64,000 nt of DNA from Octopus vulgaris (taxonomy: Eukaryota). Below the pieces are notes generated by a model. It had not been told where the DNA came from. It was given only the letters and a program-made list of their open reading frames with translations, and made no database searches. The translations under genes were made by a program, and so were the position numbers. The stretch spans positions 33,108,001-33,172,000 of the forward strand of contig OX597832.1 of the NCBI GenBank assembly GCA_951406725.2, written 5' to 3'. Within the stretch, counting starts at the first letter, position 1, and each line of letters opens with the position of its first letter. This document shows positions 43,321 through 57,074 of this stretch, piece after piece.

Positions 43321-44476
43321 TTATTGCGAAATCGGTATATTGTACAAATCATTAGCCTGATCGGCGATTTCCTTTTGCGAACTTTGCTCAAACCATTACG
43401 TTTTTGAGTAGAAATACCGTCGCTGGTGGTTTTGTCTTCTCCCCTTCCGGAACGCAATAAACAAATCGTCAGTCAAGAATTTCGCCAGCCATCAGTTGAT
43501 TGGAACCATTCCCCTTAATCGTATCGCATGCGCCTATGTTGAACATTTTATATTTATTGCGTTCTTATTGTATATCACGATGTTGTTCCTTCTGTTGCAG
43601 TCGTGGCTGATGTTGTAGTTGTTACTATTGGTGTTATAGTTATTGTTGTTGTTGCTTTTGTTGTTGTTATTGCTATTACAAACAGATTTATGGCTTAAAC
43701 GTCGATGTTTCAGGAATTACACCCCTCGAGGTATTGAAATATTATTGAAGCAGGTTTTTTTTTCTCTTTGTATCTTTATTTATTTATTTATTGGTTCATG
43801 CAATCTTGAGCAGTCGACTGAAGAATTGCACATTATGGAATGGTTTACTTCAGTAATGTATTTCAGTCGTTTAATGAAGTGTAAAGTTGCGGTAGTGTAG
43901 CGAGCTGTAGAATAAAAATTTGCGAAGACTTCCAGACAGATAGTGTCTACTTTAGTGATTGGCACGTTTCCAATGTTTTTCGCTCGCTTTAAAATTTATA
44001 TTATATACAATATAGTGTAGAATTATTACTTAATATCCAACCTAGCAATACTATAAATAGTAACTTCTAATACGATCATAACTTCAGGCTGCAGTGAGTT
44101 CTTATATCCTAATAATTTCATTTTGAATATTTCACCTGTTGAATGTGTAGCTGTTTAAATGGTGCTACAGTTTCAACACCAACTAATGGAAAATTAGTTG
44201 TAGTCTAAATTTAAAGAGCCCACATTAAGTAAATACCATCAAGACATCGAAATAATCATTGCTTTGTACAAACAGAATAATAAGTTTGTAAATCTATCTT
44301 GAAGTTATTTTAGATGTTTCGGTGATTGGAAAACAGTAGTCAAAATGAAGGTGACATTCAAGAATTTTATTTATTTTGTCAATTTACTGCTTTGTAGGGT
44401 ATTAATAAACACCTCGGACATAACTACCATCTGCAATTTTGGCTGCTTACACAAATCTTCATACACTCACACATGT

Positions 44477-44552
<76 letters not shown>

Positions 44553-44689
44553 CTATATATATATGTATATATAAATAATATCTATAAAATTGAATTTTTT
44601 GGGGTGTGTGTCTGTGTGCATGTGTACAAAAATTTTATGTGCCTGAGTAACTCCTACATCTTTCATCCGATTTCTTTAAAATTTTATAC

Positions 44690-45284
44690 ACACCTGCTTC
44701 ATATCTCAGACCCAAACATAGGCAACTCACTCGTTCCTTGCTTCCGAAAAGGTGTGAGCATCCGGGATGTTCATCGTGCAGATAACTTCCACGTGTGCAA
44801 ATGTTCGTGATTAAATTTTCCCTCGAACCCTACACTTATCTTGACTCGTCGAATAGTTACCGAATAGTTATGCGGCGATCTTCCGAAATGGTGACTTCCA
44901 TTTTATGGATGGCGTTGTCATCAATGGCAGAATAGGAACAGTTTCCACCGATGTCTGACCACATTTGACCTGGCGATGTTAGTGCTTTACTGACACGTAA
45001 GGTGGTGCATCGTTACAAGAAACTTCTTTCATCTCATCTAAAGTCTCTTTTGGTGTACGACCTTCTAGGTATACGAACCTGGTAACTGATCCGCATCCAA
45101 CTGTCTCCATTATAACACCTTATTCCACTTCAGCAGCCGTAAAAGACAAACGAATACTAGTGAAATGCCGCAGTTTACAATGTGACACGTTGAGACGTCC
45201 AGGCTTATATATAGGCAAGTTCTGTTACCTGCAAGAAACGGAAGAGGTTCAGGGAAAATCTTTAGTGAACAACTCTCTCTGTAT
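44690..45284 (-). mobile_element. Mariner relic: 5' TIR remnant and N-terminal transposase
   Basis: From ATG at 45110: METVGCGSVTRFVYLEGRTPKETLDEMKEVSCNDAPPYVSVKH*HRQVKCGQTSVE...KLSAR*TSRMLTPFRKQ (HTH region and decayed WVPxxL motif). The TIR-like end terminates in TA near 45284. Confidence 0.8.
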
Positions 45285-45392
45285 ACACGCACATACGTAC
45301 GTACGTGGTATGTATGTATATATGTATGTATGTATGTACATATGTATGTATGTATGTATGTATGTATTTATGTATGTATGTATGTATGTATG

Positions 45393-45426
<34 letters not shown>

Positions 45427-46224
45427 TAGTATGCACCTGACAGGAAATATATCACCAACAGTGGAAATAGTCTCTTGAAAATCCTGTAAATCTAATTCTT
45501 AACTTACACGTCTCTTAATTCTTTCGTTTTCTTTTTTCAAGTTAAAAGCCTTATTCTTTTTTCTTGCAGTTCTTAATAACCACAATTAACGCTATTTCAA
45601 ACAATTTGGACGTAAGCTAATAATGTTAAATACATTAAAATCAAACTGCCATGGGGGTGCGGGTGGAAGACAGGAGAAAGTTCAAGAGTTCAAAAGATAT
45701 ATCTGATGTTTGTTTTCTTTTAGAATTCTTTTTCATTCTGACTCTTTGACTCTTTAGCCGTAAAGCAGAGAGAATGGGAGACGGAATTGTCTTACATGAA
45801 TTTTATATATACATATAGACACATATAGATGACGATGGGGATGATCATGCTGGTGATGATAATGATGATGATGATCATCATCATCATTGCCATCATGATT
45901 ATAATAACTGCTCCACTACAAATGAAAGCTGTCTCATCTTTGCGATAATCACTGCCACGTCTGTGTAATTTGAACCAATGTCACTGGACTTTAATGAAGA
46001 CATCAGGTAGAATAGGACATCGGTACGTCATTGGATTACAGTGACACATTTATACAACACGTATTGCCGTCTCTAACAATTAGTAATTAGAATAATGACA
46101 ATCGTGATGAGGCGACTGGCATATCCTCGACTTTGCGGTTTGGTATTGTTGTCAGTTGACACACCGATGGCGCGGTCTCTACATATATCCATGAATCTTT
46201 TAGATACAGTAGAAATGTTTGGAT

Positions 46225-46500
46225 AAATAGGGTTTCGATAGCAACTGGGGTAAAAAGAAACAAATGAAAACAAAGGACAACTTGTTTCAGAATTATGATC
46301 CGTCACCCACGAATCATATATTCTCCCCAGTTGCTTTGATTGACAGCGATAAGTACGTATAGAAATGGAGGAAATACAGGGCGGAGTTAATTAAGAATGA
46401 TAAGAATAACGATGAAGGGAAATAGAAATAACTAAGGAAGACTTGAAGCGTAATACAGAAAAATTCGATACCGTTTCACATGTGTCATCAGGTGTCATGA
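46225..46500 (-). mobile_element. Penelope pseudo-LTR-like relic with two degenerate hammerhead-like units
   Basis: Minus strand: CTGATGA-cacatgt-GAAAC (46491-46473), and agcaactgggg...ccccagttgctatc-GAAAC (about 46335-46232). Confidence 0.4.
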
Positions 46501-47280
46501 AAACTTACGATTAACAGAAATAGTATACCCACATAATGAAGGTTTTGAAAAGTATGGTAATTTGGTCTAAGAGCTTGATTGTGCACACATCATGGTTCGG
46601 CCTTATAATCTTTCCTCAGCAAACATCAATCTGTAGTCATTTCTAACTTAAATCATAGATTTAAAAGCTTGATTCCTTAAAAATCTCACATAGAACAATT
46701 ACTTACCACCAATAAACACTACTTGCATAGTATCTAATTAAGTAGATCTTAATGTCAATTCGTTTCAAATAAATCCGTGGATACCAATACTAACGCGTTT
46801 CTTATCGTGACTCAGTTTAAACGGAATGGTTATTTGATTCGAGTGACAGAGGTTCCCTGGTATTGAGCCAAGTTATAAATATTGGGAAAAAGCTATATTT
46901 AGAGACCAACATAAATTGAAATTAATTTCATTTCATCGAAATATACCCCCCAAATGTTGTGAACGAAATCTGCCCTAATCGCCATCATTCTTACTGAAGT
47001 TCCAATGTTGGATTTTTATGGATGCGCTTTGACGATATGCAAAGTCAGTTGTGTGAAGCGCTGTCGGCAATTCATTACAGCGACTCTAAAATACGGATGA
47101 TTGTTATTTGATCGAGCCTTGAAACAACTTTAATATTCACAGAGATTATACACACACACACACACACACACACATACAAATATGCACACACGCGCGCGTA
47201 CGCACACATACACATCCACATATATGTCTCTATATGTATACCGAAAACAGCTAATGAAATATATAACAATTTGATATGTT

Positions 47281-47542
47281 ATAATAATTTCACATTTTTG
47301 CCACAAGAGCAGCATGGGGGAGGTGATTAAGTCGATTACTTCGACCCCAGTGCGTAACTGTTATTTATTTAATCGACCACGAAAGGATAAAAAGGCAAAG
47401 TGCATAACTGGTATTTATTTAATCGACCACGAAAGGATAAAAAGGCAAAGTGAACCTCGGCGGAATTTGAACTCAGAACAGGCGATATATTGTTAAGCAT
47501 TTTCGCCTAGCGCGCTAACGATTCTGCCAGCACGCCGCTTAA
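47281..47542 (-). mobile_element. SINE family A with an internal 50-bp tandem duplication
   Basis: Ends in ctaacgattctgccagcacgccgc. The block gtgc(g/a)taactg(t/g)tatttatttaatcgaccacgaaaggataaaaaggcaaa occurs at 47350 and 47400. Confidence 0.9.
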
Positions 47543-47800
47543 GTTGATAGGCTGTAATATAACATAGACAATGATAAATACACAGACCTTAACATATGAT
47601 ACGCAACACTGAATGGGACAATATATAAAAGTCATATAACTAAGTATTTATATTTTTATACTTGATTATTATCTCAAACTGGACCGTGGCCAGGTTTTTT
47701 TGCCGGTAAGCTTTCATACATTGTGTGGCAATCACAAAAAGCTAATACGCACAAACACTCTCGCTACGTTTGTGTGTGTGTGTTAGTGTATGTGTGTGTG

Positions 47801-47891
<91 letters not shown>

Positions 47892-48254
47892 CGAACGGTG
47901 ATTGTTGTGAGCAGCAATAAATTTCGTGAATCTATTCGATTCCACTTTCATTCTTCGAATAATTTGTTTCCAATTTTTAAAAAAAATGTCAATGGAAGTT
48001 AATTGTGCCGTCAGATTGGAAACGAAGGAATTAACTTCCGGTGAGTCAAAACAAGGAATCTAATGGCATTGTATGTGTCGGCGTACCTTTAAGTACTTGG
48101 TTGATCTTGTTTAACCCCAGGTCATAATAATAAGACAGAAAATATGCTCAACTGCTCTACAATAATGACCATCTCATCTTATGTGTAGACATTTCACATC
48201 TAGTCCTACATTCTCTCTCTCCCTCTCCCTCTCTCTCTGTCTCTCTGTCTCTCG

Positions 48255-48333
<79 letters not shown>

Positions 48334-48459
48334 GACATAATTTACTCAGATATTTCCACGTAATACTCAAATTACCAGGAAACTTCTAAAATATTCATGC
48401 GTTTTTTTTTCCTTTCTGATTTATACGTCAGGCGAGGTTTTGTGAAATACGAGAGTTAT

Positions 48460-48820
48460 TCAACAACACTCAACCCAGTGCTTGATAAGTACTTGTATCA
48501 TCGATCCCGGAATGGGGCGGGTGACAGGCAATTTTGACTTCTGAAGATTTCAAACACAAATCGTATCCCGTCTCCCTAATGCTTTTGTCAATCCACCGCC
48601 CTCTAACGTCTGAATTGAAGATTTCCAGTCTTTTTTTTTCCTCATTAATGCGCAAGTCCAGATACTATCGGCGCCAGTGTTCCATTGATATTTTATTTTA
48701 TTGACCACGGAAGGGTGAAAAGCAAAGATGAATTAGGTTTGAAACCAGAACAAAGATTACCGGAAGTCATTCCACAAAGCATTTTCTCCGTCGCCCAAAT
48801 ATTTAATCAAGCTCGCCACG
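48460..48820 (-). mobile_element. Two degenerate SINE A copies
   Basis: acccagtgcttgataagtacttgtatcatcgatccc; ttttattgaccacggaagggtgaaaagcaaag...agctcgcc. Confidence 0.55.
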
Positions 48821-49374
48821 AATGATGTCTTCACTGATAGAGAGTTCACAACGTAGAAGGAGGGTACACCTTATGCACTATATCTGCAATAGAAGGTTAT
48901 TATAGAAGGATAATGTATACCCCGCACTTTTGAAATGGTCGGATGTTGTACGACGGTGATCTAGCTGAAGTTTCTCACTGGAAAATTGTTCTCATAGCTA
49001 TAACGTTCGTATGAAGGTTAACCTCAAGATATCCTTATTACACTAGGTCTATGAAGAAGAACCGAGACCGTTCGTTTTTAATTTGAACTCAGTATATCTA
49101 GGACTGTGTTATCCAATGCATTCTTCTTGTTCTTAAGATTAATAGATTAGAATTCATAAAAATAGTCGCTGTTCACGTTATTGCTCTTTTTGTTATGATA
49201 ACTTAAATTTACCTCAACACTGATATAGAGCAGAAATAGAGAAATTTACTCAAATGCGTTCTTAACATGACCATAACGTCGATATTCATTACATTCACAA
49301 TATAACAAGGTTTATCCAGTCCAACGTGTCCTTTTGTGATGAAACATATCAAATTAACAGCGAAGGCATAATGA

Positions 49375-49783
49375 AATAATACAACCTTTCAAATTTTGCC
49401 AGCAGTTTTGAGGGAGGGTTTACTTGATTACATCGACTCCAGTTTCAACTGTTATTTATTTTGACGACCCCGAAAGGACGAAGAGACGGCCTAAATGTCG
49501 CTAAGGATTTTGCCCGTAATGATAGCGATTGAACGAGGACTCTGCCTCGACGTCAGTAATAATATCGGTTTCAAATTTTGGAACAGGGCCGGCAAGTTTG
49601 GAGGTGAAGTTAAGTTGATTACATCAACCTCAGAGGTCAACGGGTACGTATTTTATCGACCCCGAAATGATGAAAGGTAAAGTCGACCTCGGTGCAATTT
49701 GAACTCAGAAAGTAAAGACAGACGGAATGTCACCAAGCATTTCGCCCGGCGTGCTAACGATTCTGCCAGCCCCTCGCCGTCTT
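49375..49783 (-). mobile_element. Two head-to-tail SINE A copies, the second well preserved (49558-49783)
   Basis: ttttatcgaccccgaaatgatgaaaggtaaagtcgacctcgg...tttgaactcagaa...aagcatttcgcccggcgtgctaacgattctgccagc. Confidence 0.85.
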
Positions 49784-50370
49784 GGCATGAGGCAATGAAT
49801 ATTAAAACACATTGCGGCAGTAGAAACCTCGCAAAACATAATAAAATAAGAAAGAGACACAATAAAATCCTAACATCGTATTAATTTTGCTACTGCAACA
49901 TGAACTGCATTATTTATACTGAAATAGTGAAAGAGAATTCGCTACCGATTTCGAAAATATCTATTTATTATTGCTTTAAAATTATTACTTCAACATTAAC
50001 CGATCGAATAATCTCGATATAATGTATAAATAAACTAATTGTTAGAAATAAAATATTACCTGAGGTAATAAACTATCAAACCGAATGAAATTTATTTTAA
50101 ACAATTTAATAGGAACACAAGAAAAAAAACAACAACAACAGCAAAGAAAACTCCAGTGAAACAAACAATAAAAGAGTGTGAAATACAAACAAATCAAATG
50201 GAGGAAGAGAGAGTGTAATCGGAAACACGTGATCAGCCTTTAGCATGCCCAGAATCAGAAATATATGAAAATCTAATTCAACAGAACAGTAATACAAATT
50301 AGCAGTGATATATCAATATATATGTATATCTATCTATCTATCTATCCATCTATCTATCTATCCATCTATA

Positions 50371-50419
<49 letters not shown>

Positions 50420-50434
50420 GTATATATTATATAC

Positions 50435-50473
<39 letters not shown>

Positions 50474-50485
50474 AGGAGAAAGAGA

Positions 50486-50534
<49 letters not shown>

Positions 50535-50638
50535 GCTTAGGGGAGAGAGAGGTGGGAGACAGAGAGATAAACTTATATCAACATTTATTTACTATCGTCT
50601 TCCTAACAAAAAATCGTATATTGTCATTATGGGGGACA

Positions 50639-50640
<2 letters not shown>

Positions 50641-50707
<67 letters not shown>

Positions 50708-50951
50708 GTTGTTGTTATTATTGTTATTATTATTATCATTATTATTATTATTATTATTATTGTTGTTGTTGTTATTGTTATTGTTATTATTATTATTATT
50801 ATTATTATTTTTATTTTATTATTATTATTGTTATTATTATTATTGTTGTTGTTATTATAATTATTATTATTGTTATTGTTATTATTATTATTATTATTTA
50901 TTATTATTATTATCATTATCATTATTATTATTATTGTTATCATTATTATTA

Positions 50952-50985
<34 letters not shown>

Positions 50986-51015
50986 CATTATTATTATTGT
51001 TGTTGCTATTGTTGT
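50641..51015. repeat. Imperfect (ATT/GTT)n microsatellite
   Basis: Directly visible. Confidence 0.95.
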
Positions 51016-51595
51016 TACAGTTATCGTTCTTCTGGTAATTTACAATGTTTCGATCGAGTTGCCTCTCAGCTATGATCATCTGTCCGTTACCATAACAGGA
51101 AACGCGATAAATTTGACTCTGGTTGTCGCTACATTTAGATGTGAAATTGCCCCAAGTTATATCGTTTTATACGGGGGGGGAGGCGAGAGGCATTGCTTGA
51201 ATATTCTTTTATTCTATCTCTCTCTCTCTTTCTATCTATCTATCACTTTCTTTTTCTCTCTCTCTCTTTCTACCTTTCTCTCTTTTTCTCACATTCAACT
51301 TATACACACACAAACATACACACACATATACATAGATATGCAAATACATGCATATATATATATATATTTATACAAATACATACATATCGATACATATACA
51401 TACATGTATATATATCTATATATATATGTGTGTGTGTGTGTATACATACAAATATATTATATTACATATATATGTTATATATATATACACACATATATAT
51501 ATATATATACATATGCATATATGCATTAACATTTACATGTACATCAATATATATATATATATATATATAAATACCCATATATTTACATATATATG

Positions 51596-51634
<39 letters not shown>

Positions 51635-51707
51635 TTGTGTGTATAGACATATGTTTCGACCAAAGATTGGTGCACGCCATATACATACATACAGGCACAC
51701 ATATATC

Positions 51708-51738
<31 letters not shown>

Positions 51739-52234
51739 ATACACCTCTCTCTGATTCACTCTCTACTTACATATCTGTAAAATTTTTGTATGATGTAATA
51801 CCCTGTTTTATGTGTTTCACTCATATATTCGCGTGTTGGTCTCATAAATAAAGTGGAGACCTCGGACTGATATGAAGAAACTGAGGAACTAATTAAAGTT
51901 TTAATTTCATTTCTTCAATTTGGAAATTAAATCAAAGTGAATACCCATCGACATTTATTTAGTACTGAAGAATCAGACTTTAATGGTTACCGCAATATCT
52001 TTAACAAACCTTATTCTTTCATCTATTTTACATATTTTCTCTGGTACAACTAAAATAATGAACCCCAGTTTCTGTATAAAATCTTTTGGTTCTTTTTGAC
52101 ACGCTTGTAAAACATCAGAGACACATCAGAGTTTATCAAATCAAACATTTTCCAATTTCAATGAGTCCATCCATTTCCCCTAGAAGTGCAGTGAGTTTTT
52201 TTTTTACTCTGCTTTATCGTCACAGTTGCACATA

Positions 52235-53364
52235 TTGGATTGGCAACTTGCTGTTTTTTTTAAAATTCAAATTTTAACAAAAATGTAATAAAAATAATAG
52301 CAACTACTTAATCAATAATGTATTCACTCTTGTTGTTTACAACTTCTTCCCAACGTTCAACAAGATTTTCAACACCTCGTTGGTAGAAATCACCCGGTGT
52401 CGACTCGAAAAGTTGATCCAACCAAGCTCTCAATTCTGCATCAGTATTGAACGAAACTCCGCGCATAGCATTTGAAAGAGATCGAAAGAGGTGGAAATCG
52501 GTTGGTACCAAACCAGGAGAGTACGGCAGGTGTGGCAGCACTTCCCAGCCATGCGTTTGAATGTCTTCCTTGGTCATATTGGCTATGTGAGGACGGGCGT
52601 TGTCGTTCAGCAGAAGAACTCCATGCTACCGATTAGGTCTTTTCTCTTGAATAGCCGTGTTGAGTCGTTCCATCTGTTGAACATAGAGTTTCCGTGTTGA
52701 CCGTTTGGTTCCGTTCAAGCAATTCTTAATGGATAATCCCTTCCCAGTCTCACCATAGGCACAAAAACATTTTACGGAGATCGAAGACCTTGTTTTAGGC
52801 GGGGTTTCGCTTGTTTACCGGGGCTAAACCATTACATATTATGGCTCAGGCAATATTTTTCGTCGCCAGTAACGATTCGTTAAGAAACAAAACCGTTGCT
52901 TGTGTCCATTAGTTGAACTATGGCGAACAAGTGAACCAGCGGAGATGTGGCTCGTTGGTTTTTGTTGTTGTCACTTAGAGCATGCGGAACCCATGCTCCA
53001 TACTTCTGAACCTTTTCTATCGAGTGAAGATGCTTCTGTATAGCAGTGAGTGAGCATTCCATTTTCTCTGCCAGTTCCGTTGTCGTTTGACGAGAAATAT
53101 TTGGTTTAATCTATCTTCATCGAACTCAACTGGACGGCCAGAACGAAGTGCATCATTCAGGTCAAAATTTCCATGTTTGAACTTGACATACCAATCACGA
53201 GCAGTACTTTCAGCTATGGCACCCTCTCCATACAACCCACAAATGTCGTGAGCAACTTCTGTGGCCTTAGAACCTTAAAAGCAAAAAGAAGGAGGCGTCG
53301 AAAATGTTCGATTTTCTTAACTTGACATTCCATTTTAATGATCTGAAAATAAACAAAAATTAAC
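52235..53364 (-). mobile_element. Mariner DNA transposon, near full length, 5' TIR missing
   Basis: TA|ttggattggcaact TIR remnant at 52233-52248 and a transposase relic inside. No matching TIR was found at the other end. Confidence 0.9.
52308..53333 (-). pseudogene. Mariner DD34D transposase pseudogene
   Basis: MECQVKKIEHFRRLLLFAF...WYVKFKHGNFDLNDALRSGRP...GAWVPHALS...IVTGDEK...LLNDNARPH...PYSPGLVPTDFHLF. There are 34 residues between the 2nd and 3rd Asp, and several frameshifts. Confidence 0.95.
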
Positions 53365-53480
53365 AAGAATAAAAGGCAAAGTTGACCTTGGAGTATATGA
53401 ACTCAGAAACTAAAGAACCAGAAGAAATTCCGCTAAGCATTTGGCCAGACGTCTTATCGATTCTCCTGGCTCGCAGTCAT
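53365..53480 (-). mobile_element. SINE family A, 5' half only, abutting the mariner
   Basis: aaaaggcaaagttgacctt...tgaactcagaa...gctaagcattt...cgattctcctggctcgc. Confidence 0.7.
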
Positions 53481-53874
53481 CTTTGCTAAGACTATGCTAC
53501 CTCCAGACAGTGACGTAGGGATCGTATGCAAGTATCGACGTTGACGACAAACTCGTGTATTTCATGCAGTTTGCCGAAATTGACTGTTTGGTACATTTAG
53601 GAACGATCGATATTTTAGCGTCTACGGTTTTCTCCCTTTTCTGTGTTGTAGCTCACATTTCCTCGTTTTCAATGTTGTCGTTAATTGTTCTGTAAAGTTA
53701 ATATTGTTTTCGTTATTGTGAATGAAGAATTATTAAGTTCCATAACGCCTTTGAATATTTTTTCGAAAAAGAGGTTTCGGTTTATAATTTTACTGAAGGT
53801 AAACATCACGTGATACACAGACAACTTGTTTTCGTTTTTGCTTTGCGTCTGTGGCAGTTATATGAAGCTATGTA

Positions 53875-53917
<43 letters not shown>

Positions 53918-54634
53918 ACGTGTGAACGAGTGTATGGAGGTGAGTGTAAACGAAGTTCTACATAGCAATCTAGAAGAAAGTGAGAAATATTTCGTACTTT
54001 TACAGAAAACAGCGTCTGGTGTGTTGCGTTGTCTATATACATTATACATGCATACATACAAATAAATAGATACATATATATATATATGCAGATATATACA
54101 TACATATATATGTATATCATATTCATATCTATATATATATATATATAATGTATATACATACACACACATATGATATGTGTATACATATATTGGAATTGAC
54201 TGTAAATCTACATGTATGTGCTTGTAATATATATACATATGTGTGTGTGCCCGTGTGTGTAAGCTTGTCTCTGTATCTGTGATCACGTGCATGGGTATGT
54301 GAGTCTGCGCGCGAACAAGTGTACATGTGAGTGTGTGAGCGCGTGCATGTGAGTGTGTATGTGTGTGCATGTGTGTGTGTTTGTGTGTGTGTGTCTGTGT
54401 ATTTTTATGCCGCTGACAATAGTCTGACGAATATATGTATACCAACCATGGAGATATCAACATAACAACAACAACAACAACAGTAACAACAACAGCGCGA
54501 AGGGAAACAGCAACAGTCACTAAAGCCTAAATAATACAATAACAAAATAATAGAAATAATAATATGATAGTAACAACGATGACCACAACAACAACAAGAA
54601 ACGCAATGATGATACTACTTCAACAACAACAACA

Positions 54635-54718
<84 letters not shown>

Positions 54719-55224
54719 CAATGCATAATGCAAAGTAGAGACAACAGTGACAAGAAAGATCAACAGTATAAAAGAACAAAAGAATTTAAAAAGATGAGAC
54801 GAACGAAGGAACATCAAAATTATTTCCACTAAAAAGAAGAAAACAAAAAGAAATTAATAATTCTTGCCATTTTCAAAAATATACATATAAAATATAAAGT
54901 AGAATAAATAAAATATCAAAAAAAAATTGCTACTAACGGAAAATTACAGTGTAATAGTTAAGAGTGTAAAACTGGTTGTATTTTGTCTTTGTTGCTATGG
55001 TAGAGAAAAAAAAATCAATATCTTTCATTTCACTTGACAATCGATTAGGTGTATTGCAAAGCTTTATTATTGAATTAACTACATTGGGGGTAAATTATTG
55101 ATAAATGTTCAAAGCTACATTCTTTCATTATAGAAATTGTTAAATTACGTAAATATATCGGGATGGATAACGGGTAGGTGTATATATATATATATATATA
55201 TATAAATACATATACGCATGCATG

Positions 55225-55255
<31 letters not shown>

Positions 55256-55397
55256 GTATGTATATATATATATATACAACATAAATATATATGTGTGTGT
55301 GTGCGTGTGTGTGTATATATATTTATGTATTTATCCGTTTTTGTCATAGATATACGCGTATGCATGTAGATCTCTATGTATATATATGTATATATAT

Positions 55398-55451
<54 letters not shown>

Positions 55452-56250
55452 ATGTGTATGTATCTGTGTGTGTGTGTAGAGAGAGAGAAAGATTATAATG
55501 CACAGATACATTCATACATACATGCATATTCACTCATGTGTACAGATAGACGTGTGTACACATCCCTATATGTGATTGTGTGTGTATATATATATATGTG
55601 TCCGCATGTGTGAATGTGTAATTGTATGAGTGTGTTTGCGTATGTTTGTGTGCTTATGATTTTTGAGAAGCAATCATCTGCAAGACTATTAAGTAAACAG
55701 CCACTATTCATAACACACCACACAAACACACACACACACACAAAACCCATTCATACACACACATATTTGTTTGTGCGTGTCTCTGCCTGAGTTAGTGAAT
55801 GTGCCTGTTATGTATTTGTATGTGTGTGAAAGTGTTTACAAATAAGCACATGTTAAAGTGTGAATTCCTTACGGTTTTTGCAGCGTTATGCTTTATCATG
55901 TCCGATTTAAATGGAACATATAAAACTAGAACTTTACACGAATATGTTTCATTCGAACCTGTTTATTCCAACCGTCAATATTTAATGCAATCCTGATCAT
56001 GCCGCTCGTGCACCTGCTGATATACGGTCTGATGTTTTCATCGGTGCAACTTGATACTTAATGGGATGTGAGTGACCGATGGAGATTCCAAACATAACGA
56101 AGCCGAGCGACAAAGAGGTACACACCTCCTACTCTACCATGTAATGAGTCACTTCAAAGCAAAAAATCCATATATAGGTGAAGAGATTCTCTTGTGAGTC
56201 TATTGCACGGCCTATTACAATTCAATGAACTAGCTAAATACGACTTGCCC

Positions 56251-56289
<39 letters not shown>

Positions 56290-56636
56290 TTATTATAAAT
56301 GTAATAATATAAATAATATATATGCATATATACATACGTATATGTACATATTTACATATATATATATATATATATGCATATGTAGGCACAGGACGGCGCA
56401 GAACGTAATCAACATAAAGTACGAAAACATGGAATATGAACTGTTTTGCAAACAATGAAAGAAAGAAATGGAAAACAGGGCAAGCAACATAAGCACCGAC
56501 TCTTCATAAGTTGTCGGCTGTTTTCCTAATCCGTATTGTGAGCAATTCTCCACAAGATACGCCTTCGATAAAACAACTGCTGCCGCAAAGCAAAGTAAAT
56601 AAAATTGGAATTTTGAGGAGGGTCAAAATTGGTAAC

Positions 56637-56687
<51 letters not shown>

Positions 56688-57018
56688 TATATACATATAT
56701 ATATACATATATAATGCATATATGCATATATATATTATTATATGATTGAACGCCAGGCATGCATTTCAAAGCAAGTTTTTATACATATGTAATTTTCACA
56801 TAAAAATTACATTAAAATGTACTCAATACTCAGAGCAACAGTGTTTCATTCTCATTGAATTTTTCACTGGCTTCCATCTTCAAACTTACAAATTTTTGAA
56901 AGAAACGTGAGACCTTTTGCATCACAAATGGTAAACTCAGTTGAGAGAAACATGAACTTCTATTAAATTTATACAAATTGTCCATAACATAACCAAATAC
57001 ATATACATATGTGTATGC

Positions 57019-57074
<56 letters not shown>

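Noticed and set aside
47891-47920. PNGDCCEQQ as the missing GDCC half of the somatomedin-B motif
   Set aside because: Directly follows (GT)n with no acceptor and stops at once; likely chance.
56385-56640. Penelope pseudo-LTR-like segment with a possible hammerhead (-)
   Set aside because: The core boxes are too degraded to support the call.
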